This document shows, piece after piece, positions 1 through 8,820 of a stretch of DNA of 12,068 nt; within the stretch, counting starts at the first letter, position 1; every line of letters begins with the position of its first letter. A program made the position numbers and the translations under genes. Where the stretch lies: positions 1-12,068 of the forward strand of contig JANLOX010000243.1 in NCBI GenBank assembly GCA_031366795.1. Direction: 5' to 3'. Source of the stretch: Candidatus Eiseniibacteriota bacterium (GTDB taxonomy: Bacteria; Eisenbacteria; RBG-16-71-46). A model generated the notes under the pieces. The model was not told the DNA's origin, ran no database searches, and saw only the letters and a list, made by a program, of their open reading frames with translations.

Positions 1-248
1 TCCGCTTCGGCGAGTGCCTCCGTGTCGGCGACCGCGGCCACCGAGATCTCGGGCAGGCCGCCGCGCTCGAACGGGCCTTCGAGTTGCGCGGAAGCCGTCT
101 CGGCGGCGGCCATCATGCGGCCGTCAGCGGCATCGATCGCCACTACTTCATGGCCAAGGTTGCGCAAAGCCTGGGCGATGCCGTGACCCGTGCGCAGTGA
201 AATCTCCCGCTCGGACGAACGGCCTCCCATCAACACGACGACCTTCAC
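1..248 (-). CDS. ddl: D-alanine--D-alanine ligase, N-terminal part (runs off the window's left edge)
   Basis: Not in the ORF track. Manual translation from GTG at 248 gives MKVVVLMGGRSSEREISLRTGHGIAQALRNLGHEVVAID..., which matches the Ddl N-terminal signature (V-L-x-G-G-x-S-x-E-R-E-[IV]-S-L-x-[ST]-G). A purine-rich AGGGGGAA lies just upstream, and the frame stays open to position 1. Confidence 0.9.
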   Translation of the reverse strand, partial: MKVVVLMGGRSSEREISLRTGHGIAQALRNLGHEVVAIDAADGRMMAAAETASAQLEGPFERGGLPEISVAAVADTEALAEA

Positions 249-264
249 GCTTCCCCCTGACCGT

Positions 265-1704
265 TCATGCCCCTGCGGCCTTGCGCAATCGCGCAACGCA
301 CCGCTGTTGTCCCAACGCCATGGCGACCTGCGGCAACTCCGGACCGTGCGTGCGGCCCGTCAACGCCGCGCGTACGGGCTGGAACAGCTCGCGTCCTTTG
401 ACGCCCAACTGCTTGCCGGTCGCCTGCAGCGTGGATTTAATACCGTCCGGATTCCACTCCGCAAGCGCCGCATAGGCATCGGCGACCGCGAGGCACACGC
501 GCCGGGCGGCTTCTCCCTGCAGCGCCTCGGCCGCGGCGGCCTCCGCTTCAAACGTTTCCGACAGGAACGGCGCCAGCTCCTCCGGCAGCCCCGCCAGAGT
601 TTCGATGTTGCCGCGCACCAGCAACAGCAGCGCCTCGAGCGTGGCAGGTTCGAGCGCTTGAGCCTCCGCCGGGAGGAATTCACTCGCCCACCGCTTGAGC
701 TGTGCCCCGTCCGCATGATGCAGATAATGCGCGTTGACCCACTTCAGCTTGTCGGGATCGAACACCGATCCACTTTTTCCGACGCGATCGAGCGTGAAGG
801 CCTCGAGCAACTCGGGAACCGGCATCAATTCGCGATCGTCTCCCGGATGGAAGCCCAACAGCGCCAGGTAGCTGATCATCGCCTCGGGCACGTAGCCCGC
901 GCGCCGCCAGTCGCCCACCGCCACGGCCGCCTCGCCATCCCGCTTGCTCATCTTCGTTCGATCGCGATTGAGAATGAGCGGCACGTGGGCAAACGCGGGC
1001 GGGTTCATGCCCAGCGCGGCATAGATCATCAACTGGCGCGGCGTGTTGGCGAGATGCTCCTCGGCGCGGATCACATGAGTGATGCGCATGGCGGAATCGT
1101 CGACGACGCAGGCGAAATTGTAGGTGGGCAGGCCATTGGAACGCAGCAGCACGAAGTCGCCGACCATGCCGGCAGGGAAGCGCACTTCGTCACGCACCAT
1201 GTCGTTGAGCACCCAGTCGCGATCGGGCACCACGAAACGCACACTCGGGGGCCGGCCCTCGCGATCCCGCGCCGCCTGCTCAGCGGGAGTGAGGTGGCGG
1301 CAGGTGCCGTCGTAGTGCGGCGGGCGGGCGGCGGCGAGCGCTTTGGCGCGACGCTCGTCCAGCTCCGCGTCGGTGCAAAAGCAGCGGTAGGCGAGCTTCG
1401 CAGCGAGTAGCTGGTCGGCCGCGGCGCGATAGTGCTCGAGCCGCTCGCTCTGGCGGTAGGGGCCGAACGGGCCGCCCATGTCGGGCCCTTCGTCCCAGTT
1501 GAGCCCGAGCCAGCGCAGGTCGTCGAGCACTCCGACCTCGCTCGTGGTAGTCGAGCGCTGGATATCGGTGTCTTCGACACGCAGCACGAAGACTCCACCG
1601 TGCTTGCGCGCGAACAGCCAGTTGAACAGCGCCGTGCGGGCCCCTCCCACGTGCAGCCAACCGGTGGGACTCGGCGCGAAGCGAACGCGAACCGGCGCGG
1701 TCAC
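265..1704 (-). CDS. gltX: Glutamate--tRNA ligase (GluRS)
   Basis: Contains RVRFAPSPTG, HIGH-type HVGG, LRVEDTD, YRQSER, the zinc motif C-x-C-x24-C-x-H, KMSKR, and the C-terminal anticodon-domain RAALTG...GP. The GTG start overlaps the ispF TGA. Confidence 0.97.
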   Translation of the reverse strand: MTAPVRVRFAPSPTGWLHVGGARTALFNWLFARKHGGVFVLRVEDTDIQRSTTTSEVGVLDDLRWLGLNWDEGPDMGGPFGPYRQSERLEHYRAAADQLLAAKLAYRCFCTDAELDERRAKALAAARPPHYDGTCRHLTPAEQAARDREGRPPSVRFVVPDRDWVLNDMVRDEVRFPAGMVGDFVLLRSNGLPTYNFACVVDDSAMRITHVIRAEEHLANTPRQLMIYAALGMNPPAFAHVPLILNRDRTKMSKRDGEAAVAVGDWRRAGYVPEAMISYLALLGFHPGDDRELMPVPELLEAFTLDRVGKSGSVFDPDKLKWVNAHYLHHADGAQLKRWASEFLPAEAQALEPATLEALLLLVRGNIETLAGLPEELAPFLSETFEAEAAAAEALQGEAARRVCLAVADAYAALAEWNPDGIKSTLQATGKQLGVKGRELFQPVRAALTGRTHGPELPQVAMALGQQRCVARLRKAAGA

Positions 1705-2180
1705 GGGACCTCCACAAGGGCAACGGCGCAGGCGGCGATGCCTTCACCGCGACCGAGTGCGCCAAGCCGCTCGTGGGTGGTCGCCTTGACCGAGACGCGC
1801 GCGGTGTCGATTCCAAGCGCCGCCGCCACGTTCGCGCAGATCGCAGGGCGCTGGGTGCTAAGCCGCGGCAACTCGGCGATCAGCGTGGCGTCGACATTGA
1901 TGATGCGCGCGCCCCGCTCGACGAGCAGCCCATGAATGCGGCGCAGCAGGTCGAGGCTCGAGGCATCCTTCCACCGCGCGTCGGACGGCGGGAAGTGCGT
2001 GCCGAGGTCGCCCAGCCCCACGGCGCCCAGCAACGCATCGCCGATGGCATGCAGCAGCACGTCGGCGTCACTATGCCCGTCGAGTCCCCACTCCGACTCG
2101 AAGCGCACGCCGCCGATCACCAGCGGACGGCCCGCGGCGATCGGGTGAATGTCGTAGCCCAGCCCCACGCGCTGCTCCAC
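1701..2180 (-). CDS. ispF: 2-C-methyl-D-erythritol 2,4-cyclodiphosphate synthase
   Basis: Motifs RVGLGYDIH, GHSDADVLLHAIGDALLGA, GDLGTHFP, VSVKATT and GRGEGIAA. A GGAGG SD lies 5 nt before the GTG start. Confidence 0.97.
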   Translation of the reverse strand: MEQRVGLGYDIHPIAAGRPLVIGGVRFESEWGLDGHSDADVLLHAIGDALLGAVGLGDLGTHFPPSDARWKDASSLDLLRRIHGLLVERGARIINVDATLIAELPRLSTQRPAICANVAAALGIDTARVSVKATTHERLGALGRGEGIAACAVALVEVP

Positions 2181-2861
2181 TCACACCTCCGTGCGGCGCG
2201 CGGCGAGCCAGGCATCCGCTAGCTCGAGATCGCGCGGCCGCGTGATCTTGAAATTCATCGGATCCCCTTCGCTCAACCGCACGCGCAACCCCAGCGCCTC
2301 GACCAACGCCGCGTCGTCCGTCGCGATCCCGTGTGCTTCGGCATGCGCGCGCTCCAGCCAGTCCCGGCGGAAGGCTTGCGGCGTCTGCGCACGATACAAC
2401 CCGGCGCGCGGAATCGTGCGTTCGACCATCTCGAGCTGGCCCAGCTTGAGCGTGTCCTCGAGCGGCACCGCCGCGATCGCCGCGCCATGCATGGCGGCAT
2501 CGGCGACCACGCGGCCGATGATCGCAGGCGTCACCAACGCGCGCGCGCTGTCGTGCACCGCCACGATATCGAACTCGGGCGGCATCGCCGCCAGGCCATT
2601 CGCCACCGAGTGCTGGCGCTCACGTCCCCCGGCAACCCACGCCACCACGCGCGACAAATCGAGCCCCGCGGCGGCGGCATCGGCCTTCAGGCGCGCGGCC
2701 GATCCCACGACGACGATCGCCTCGATCGCAGGCGTTCGGCACAGCGCGTCGAGGCTCCAGGTGAACAGCGGGCGGCCGGCGAGCGCGACGTGCGCCTTGT
2801 CAGAGGCCTGGGCAAGCCGTTCCCCGCGGCCCGCGCATAGCAGGATGGCGGCGGCCCTCAT
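2181..2861 (-). CDS. ispD: 2-C-methyl-D-erythritol 4-phosphate cytidylyltransferase
   Basis: Motifs AGRGERL...K, RQHSVANGL, VAVHDSAR, AQTPQAF, TDDAALVE and NFKIT. Adjacent to ispF. Confidence 0.96.
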   Translation of the reverse strand: MRAAAILLCAGRGERLAQASDKAHVALAGRPLFTWSLDALCRTPAIEAIVVVGSAARLKADAAAAGLDLSRVVAWVAGGRERQHSVANGLAAMPPEFDIVAVHDSARALVTPAIIGRVVADAAMHGAAIAAVPLEDTLKLGQLEMVERTIPRAGLYRAQTPQAFRRDWLERAHAEAHGIATDDAALVEALGLRVRLSEGDPMNFKITRPRDLELADAWLAARRTEV

Positions 2862-3358
2862 GCGACGCGCGCCACCTGGCCACCACTCATCCGCACCAAC
2901 TCATCGGGGACGAGCCGGAACAATGAATTCGGGTGTCCCGCCGCGGCCCACAGTTCGGTCTGCTTCAGCAGGTCCTCGTCGATGAACGTCACCATGGGAC
3001 CCGCGTGACCGATGGGCGGCACGCCGCCGATGGCGAAGCCCGTGTGGTCGCGCACGAATGCGGGATCGGCGCGACCGATGGGCTCGCCGAGCAGTGCGGC
3101 CAGCTTCGCTTCGTCCGCGCGATTCGAGCCGCTCGTCAGCACCAGCACGCCGCGGCCGGTGTTGGCGGCGCGGAAGATCAGCGACTTGACGATCTGCCCC
3201 ACTTCGCACCCCGCCTCGCGCGCGGCATCGGCCGCCGTGCGCACCGGGATGGGCAACTCGAACACTTTGTTGGCGAAACCGAGGCGGCGCAATTCATCCT
3301 GCACGCGCTGGGCGCTGGCGCTGAGAGCGGGACTGGGCTTGGGGGCCGGATCACTCAC
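2858..3358 (-). CDS. YbaK/ProX (INS superfamily) aminoacyl-tRNA deacylase
   Basis: 166 aa with TAADAA...QIVKSLIF (conserved Lys), the GxxP loop TGFAIGGVPPIGH, and WAAAG. Its start and stop overlap radA and ispD by 4 nt each. Confidence 0.9.
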   Translation of the reverse strand: MSDPAPKPSPALSASAQRVQDELRRLGFANKVFELPIPVRTAADAAREAGCEVGQIVKSLIFRAANTGRGVLVLTSGSNRADEAKLAALLGEPIGRADPAFVRDHTGFAIGGVPPIGHAGPMVTFIDEDLLKQTELWAAAGHPNSLFRLVPDELVRMSGGQVARVA

Positions 3359-4797
3359 GAGCGCGCCTCCTCTTCCTCTTCCGCGGCGGGTGCCGACGAG
3401 ACGCGCTCGCCCAACAGCACGTCGATGGCTTCACGCAGCGTCGTCACGGGAACGATTTCGAGTCCCAGCCCTCGCGCCTCATCGGCCTGCGAGGCAGGAA
3501 CGCCGGCGCGGATGAAGCCGATCTGCGCGGCCTCGCGCACGCGAGATTCGAGGCGCGAGACGCGCCGCAGCTCGCCCGACAGCGACACCTCGCCCACCAG
3601 CAACGTGCCTTCGAGCACAGGACGCGAGCGGAACGACGAAGCCGCCGCCATGGCGACGCCAAGGTCGGAGCCCGGTTCGTCGAGCCTGATCCCGCCCGTG
3701 ACGGTGACGAACACATCATGACGCCCGAGCCGCAATCCCACGCGGCGCTCGAGCACGGCGAGCAGCACCGCGAGGCGGCGCTGGTCGAAACCATTGGTGA
3801 CACGTTGCGGCGTGGCGTAGAACGAAGTCGAGACCAGCGCCTGCACTTCGACGAGCAGCGGGCGCGAACCTTCGAGACTGGCCACGACCGCCGAGCCCGG
3901 CTCGCGGCGCGCCGACTCCGACAGGAACGCCAGCGAGGGATTGGAGATCTCGCGCAGCCCGGCGTCGGTCATTTCGAACACACCCAGCTCGTTCGTCGAG
4001 CCGAAGCGGTTCTTCGCCGCGCGCAACACGCGGTAGTGCTGGTAGCGCTCGCCCTCCAGGTACAGCACGGCGTCCACCATGTGCTCGAGCACCCGCGGAC
4101 CCGCCACGGCGCCGTCCTTGGTGACGTGCCCGACGAGGAACACCGTGGTGCCGGTCGACTTGGCAAAGCGCAACAGCACGAGACCGCACTCACGCACCTG
4201 CGAAACGGAACCGGGCGCCCCTTCGACATCGCCGCGCGACATGGTCTGGATCGAGTCCACGATCAACACGCTCTGCGGCAGAGTCGCCGCCGCTTCGAGT
4301 GCGGCATCGAGATCGGTCTCACACAGGATCATCAGCCCCGGCGGCACCGGTCCCAGACGGCCGGCGCGCAGGCGGATCTGCTGCTCGCTCTCTTCACCCG
4401 CGATCATCAGCACCGGCGTGCCCGCGTGGCACAGCGTGAACGCCATCTGCAGCGTCAGGGTGCTCTTGCCGATGCCGGGATCGCCGCCGATCAGGATGAG
4501 CGAGCCGGGCACGATGCCGCCGCCCAGCACGCGATCGATCTCCGCGAGGCCGCACGAGGAGCGCTCGAACGAAGCGGTATCGACGCTCGCCAGCGCCCGC
4601 GGTCCCGCGGGGGCATTCGCATGAGCGGTGCTCGCCACCCAGCGCCCTCGTCCCGGGGAAGTCTTCGCCGCGGCGGCCGCGGCGGGCGCCTCGCTCGCGG
4701 TGTTCCACTCCCCGCACGCCGGGCAGCGCCCGAACCAGCGCGCCGTCTCATGCCCGCACTTGCTACAGAAGAAATGTTGTGCCGTCTTCTTCGCCAT
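3355..4797 (-). CDS. radA: DNA repair protein RadA/Sms
   Basis: C4 zinc finger CSKC...CPAC, Walker A GGDPGIGKST, IVDSIQT, GHVTKDG, the KNRFG signature and a C-terminal Lon-like domain. AAGGA SD upstream. Confidence 0.98.
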   Translation of the reverse strand: MAKKTAQHFFCSKCGHETARWFGRCPACGEWNTASEAPAAAAAAKTSPGRGRWVASTAHANAPAGPRALASVDTASFERSSCGLAEIDRVLGGGIVPGSLILIGGDPGIGKSTLTLQMAFTLCHAGTPVLMIAGEESEQQIRLRAGRLGPVPPGLMILCETDLDAALEAAATLPQSVLIVDSIQTMSRGDVEGAPGSVSQVRECGLVLLRFAKSTGTTVFLVGHVTKDGAVAGPRVLEHMVDAVLYLEGERYQHYRVLRAAKNRFGSTNELGVFEMTDAGLREISNPSLAFLSESARREPGSAVVASLEGSRPLLVEVQALVSTSFYATPQRVTNGFDQRRLAVLLAVLERRVGLRLGRHDVFVTVTGGIRLDEPGSDLGVAMAAASSFRSRPVLEGTLLVGEVSLSGELRRVSRLESRVREAAQIGFIRAGVPASQADEARGLGLEIVPVTTLREAIDVLLGERVSSAPAAEEEEEARS

Positions 4798-4829
4798 CTT
4801 GAATCCTTATGCGGGAGCGGTGCGGTTGC

Positions 4830-5723
4830 CTAGAAAACACTCACTTTGAAGTATCGCTTCGGGTTCTTCTTGATGTCCTCGATCAGGCTCTTGAGCGAGA
4901 CCACCGAGCTGTTCAACTCATCGTAGAGCCGCTGGTCGTTCACCAGCTTGCCAATCGTGCCATCGCCGTTGTTGACGTGGTTCGCGAGTGTCTGCACCGT
5001 GACGCGCAACGAGTCGAGCCGCCCGGACAGCCTGTCCATGTTCTCGGCGGCCGCCGAGAAGTGGTCCAGCGCCTTGCGGAGTTCGGCTTCGCGATCGGTG
5101 GTGAGCGAACGCGCCGTTGCGGAGGCGTCGGAGAAATTCTTCATCGTCTGCGTCAGCTGCACGCGGTTCTCGACGACCATCTCGCGCAGCTCGCGGCTCG
5201 TCGCGGCGAAATCCTTAACGGTCGCGGCCAGCTGCCCGTCGCGATTGATCGAACGCGTCATGTCGCGCAATTCGGTCGCCAGTTCGGTGATTGCGTCGAC
5301 GGTCTCGCCGACGTGACCCATCACCTCGGACATCCCCGGCTCGTAGAAACCGATCACCGTGTCGCCCTTGGCGTAGGTGCCACCCGTCGGGTGCAGTTCG
5401 ATGCCGATGACCTTCTCACCCATCATGCCAACGTCGCGAATCGAGACGCGGCTGTCGCGCGTCAGCGGCACGTCGGTCGCCAGTTCCAGATCGACCACCA
5501 CGCGGTCGCCGGCGAGCCGCATGCCGTTGACCTGGCCCTTGCGCACGCCATTGACCTGAACCTCGTCGCTGGCGGCGAGGCCGCCGGTGGTGGGGAACGC
5601 CACGAGATAGACGCGCTTCTGGTCGTGCAGCGAGATCTCCTTGAGCCAGATGACGCCGAAGATCATCACCAGGACGGCGGTGAGCACGGTGATGCCGACT
5701 TTGAATTCCGCGCCGCGGTTCAC
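4830..5723 (-). CDS. mlaD: MCE/MlaD-family lipid transport protein with long helical C-terminal region
   Basis: N-terminal TM anchor (EFKVGITVLTAVLVMIFGVIW) and an MCE domain (GGL...VQVNGVRKGQV...GMMGEKVIGI), followed by a heptad-rich helical region, GDGTIGKL and DIKKNPKRYF. Follows mlaE and mlaF. Confidence 0.88.
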   Translation of the reverse strand: MNRGAEFKVGITVLTAVLVMIFGVIWLKEISLHDQKRVYLVAFPTTGGLAASDEVQVNGVRKGQVNGMRLAGDRVVVDLELATDVPLTRDSRVSIRDVGMMGEKVIGIELHPTGGTYAKGDTVIGFYEPGMSEVMGHVGETVDAITELATELRDMTRSINRDGQLAATVKDFAATSRELREMVVENRVQLTQTMKNFSDASATARSLTTDREAELRKALDHFSAAAENMDRLSGRLDSLRVTVQTLANHVNNGDGTIGKLVNDQRLYDELNSSVVSLKSLIEDIKKNPKRYFKVSVF

Positions 5724-5735
5724 GCTCGCACCCCG

Positions 5736-6482
5736 CTAAATCGGTTGAATCGGTCCTTCACTAGTTCCCTCCATGAATTGGCGCACCACCGGATCCTTGC
5801 TCGTCTGCATTTCGTCCGGGGTGCCCTCGGCCACGATGTGCCCATCGAGCAGCATCGCCAGCCGGTCGCCCACCTTGAATGCGCTCCTCAAATCGTGCGT
5901 CACGACGACCGATGTGACGTTCATACGCTTTTGCAGGCTGCGGATCAGCTGGTCGATGACATCCGCCATGATCGGGTCCAAGCCTGTCGTCGGCTCATCG
6001 TACAGGATGAACTGGGGATCCATGGCGATCGCCCGGGCCAGCCCCACGCGCTTACGCATGCCCCCCGAAAGGGACGAAGGGCGCATGGCCTCGATGTTCT
6101 TGAGCCCCACCCACTCGAGCCGCTCGGTGACGCGCTTCTGGATGTCCGATTCCGCCATGTCGGTATGCTCGCGCAGCGCCAACGCCACGTTCTCGCCCAC
6201 GTTCATCGAATCGAACAGTGCGGCACCCTGGAACAACATGCCGAAGCGCCGGCGGATCACGTTCATCTCGCTCTCGCGCAGGCCCACCAGTTCCTCGCCG
6301 TCGATCTCGATCGAGCCGGCATCGGGGCGCATCAGCCCAATGATGTGCTTGAGCAGGACGCTCTTGCCCGTGCCGCTGGGCCCCAGCACGACGACCGACT
6401 CGCCGGTGCGGATCTCGAGATCCACGCCGTCGAGCACGTTGCGGGTGCCCAACCGCTTGCGCAAGCCCTTGATGGAGATCAA
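5736..6482 (-). CDS. mlaF: ABC transporter ATP-binding protein, MlaF/Mkl/TGD3 type
   Basis: Walker A GPSGTGKS, MLFQGAALFDS, signature LSGGMRKRVGLARA, Walker B LYDEPTTGLDP, VTHD and DPVVRQF. The likely start is TTG at 6482 (MISIKGL...), overlapping the mlaE stop (TTGA), not the ORF-track start at 7193. Confidence 0.92.
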   Translation of the reverse strand: MISIKGLRKRLGTRNVLDGVDLEIRTGESVVVLGPSGTGKSVLLKHIIGLMRPDAGSIEIDGEELVGLRESEMNVIRRRFGMLFQGAALFDSMNVGENVALALREHTDMAESDIQKRVTERLEWVGLKNIEAMRPSSLSGGMRKRVGLARAIAMDPQFILYDEPTTGLDPIMADVIDQLIRSLQKRMNVTSVVVTHDLRSAFKVGDRLAMLLDGHIVAEGTPDEMQTSKDPVVRQFMEGTSEGPIQPI

Positions 6483-7291
6483 TGCGGGTCCGTGAAGATG
6501 ATGCGGAAGAGCACGTTGGCCAGCAGGTAATCGCTGATCAGCACGAGCACGCACGATGCGACGACCGCGCGCGTCGTAGCGTTGCCCACGCCCTCGGCGC
6601 CGCCTTCGGTGCGGAAGCCATAGAAGCAACCCATCGTGCCGATGAAGCCGCCGAAGAACACCGCCTTGATCAGCCCCGAGACCAGATCCTTCATGTAGAA
6701 GAAGTCCTTCAGCGAATTGACGTACGCCGGCGGGGTCATGCCCAGCGTCAGGATCGCCACGATGAAGCCGCCAAAGATGGCGATGGCATCCGAGAACACC
6801 GTCATCACCGGCAACATGATGGTCGCGGCGATCAGGCGCGGGATGATCAAGTAGCGCACGGGATTGACGCCCATCGCGCGCATGGCATCGATCTGCTCGG
6901 TCACTTTCATGCTGCCGAGCTCGGCGGCGATCGCCGCACCGACGCGGCCTCCGACCACGAGTGCAGTGAGCACGGGGCCGAGCTCGATGATCACCGAGCG
7001 CAGGATCACCGAGCCGAGAAAGCGGAGCGGCACGACGGTGGAGAACTGGTAGGCCGCCTGCACCGCGGCGACGGCGCCGGTGAACAGGCTGATCACCACC
7101 ACGAGCCCGAGCGAGCCGACGCCGATGCGATCCATCTGCTCGAAGATCAACCGGCCGCTGGGCAGGCGGCCCAACGACTTGATGATGTCCCACATCATCA
7201 GCGAGACGCGCCCGACTTCGCTGACGCCATCGATCACGCGCGCGCCGACGTAGCGCACGCCGCCGCCGATGCTCGGAGCTCCGGCGCTCAC
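6479..7291 (-). CDS. mlaE: MlaE/YrbE-family ABC permease
   Basis: Motifs IGVGSL, ELGPVLTALVVGGRVGAAIAAELGSMKVTEQIDA, PRLIA and GGAEGVGNATTRAVV, with multiple hydrophobic segments. The exact start is uncertain because there is no clear SD before GTG 7291. Confidence 0.93.
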   Translation of the reverse strand: MSAGAPSIGGGVRYVGARVIDGVSEVGRVSLMMWDIIKSLGRLPSGRLIFEQMDRIGVGSLGLVVVISLFTGAVAAVQAAYQFSTVVPLRFLGSVILRSVIIELGPVLTALVVGGRVGAAIAAELGSMKVTEQIDAMRAMGVNPVRYLIIPRLIAATIMLPVMTVFSDAIAIFGGFIVAILTLGMTPPAYVNSLKDFFYMKDLVSGLIKAVFFGGFIGTMGCFYGFRTEGGAEGVGNATTRAVVASCVLVLISDYLLANVLFRIIFTDPH

Positions 7292-7339
7292 GCGGGAACG
7301 CCTGGGGAGATCAGCAGGCGCCGGTCCCCGCGGCCACGG

Positions 7340-8764
<1,425 letters not shown>

Positions 8765-8820
8765 TGCGGCGTTCCTTGAAATGGGATGCGATTCACGCCC
8801 GCGGGTGGCAAAGGGCCGAC

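Noticed and set aside
3355..3395. Poly-Glu tail of RadA (AEEEEEARS) as a functional acidic motif
   Set aside because: It is largely explained by the GAGGAGG SD of the downstream overlapping gene being embedded in the radA 3' end.
190..4833. Plus-strand ORFs 190-1410, 2191-2985, 2933-3721, 3718-4833 and the other short overlapping ORFs
   Set aside because: All overlap confidently identified minus-strand genes, have shadow-ORF composition and show no family signatures.
6483..7193. N-terminal extension of the ABC ATPase (485-aa ORF)
   Set aside because: It is an off-frame reading of mlaE. ATPase homology begins at TTG 6482, which overlaps the mlaE stop.
8775..8815. Possible internal sigma70 promoter for dnaB (TTGCCA as -35)
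   Set aside because: The hexamer 17 nt downstream is CATCCC, a poor -10 match, so it cannot be supported without TSS data.
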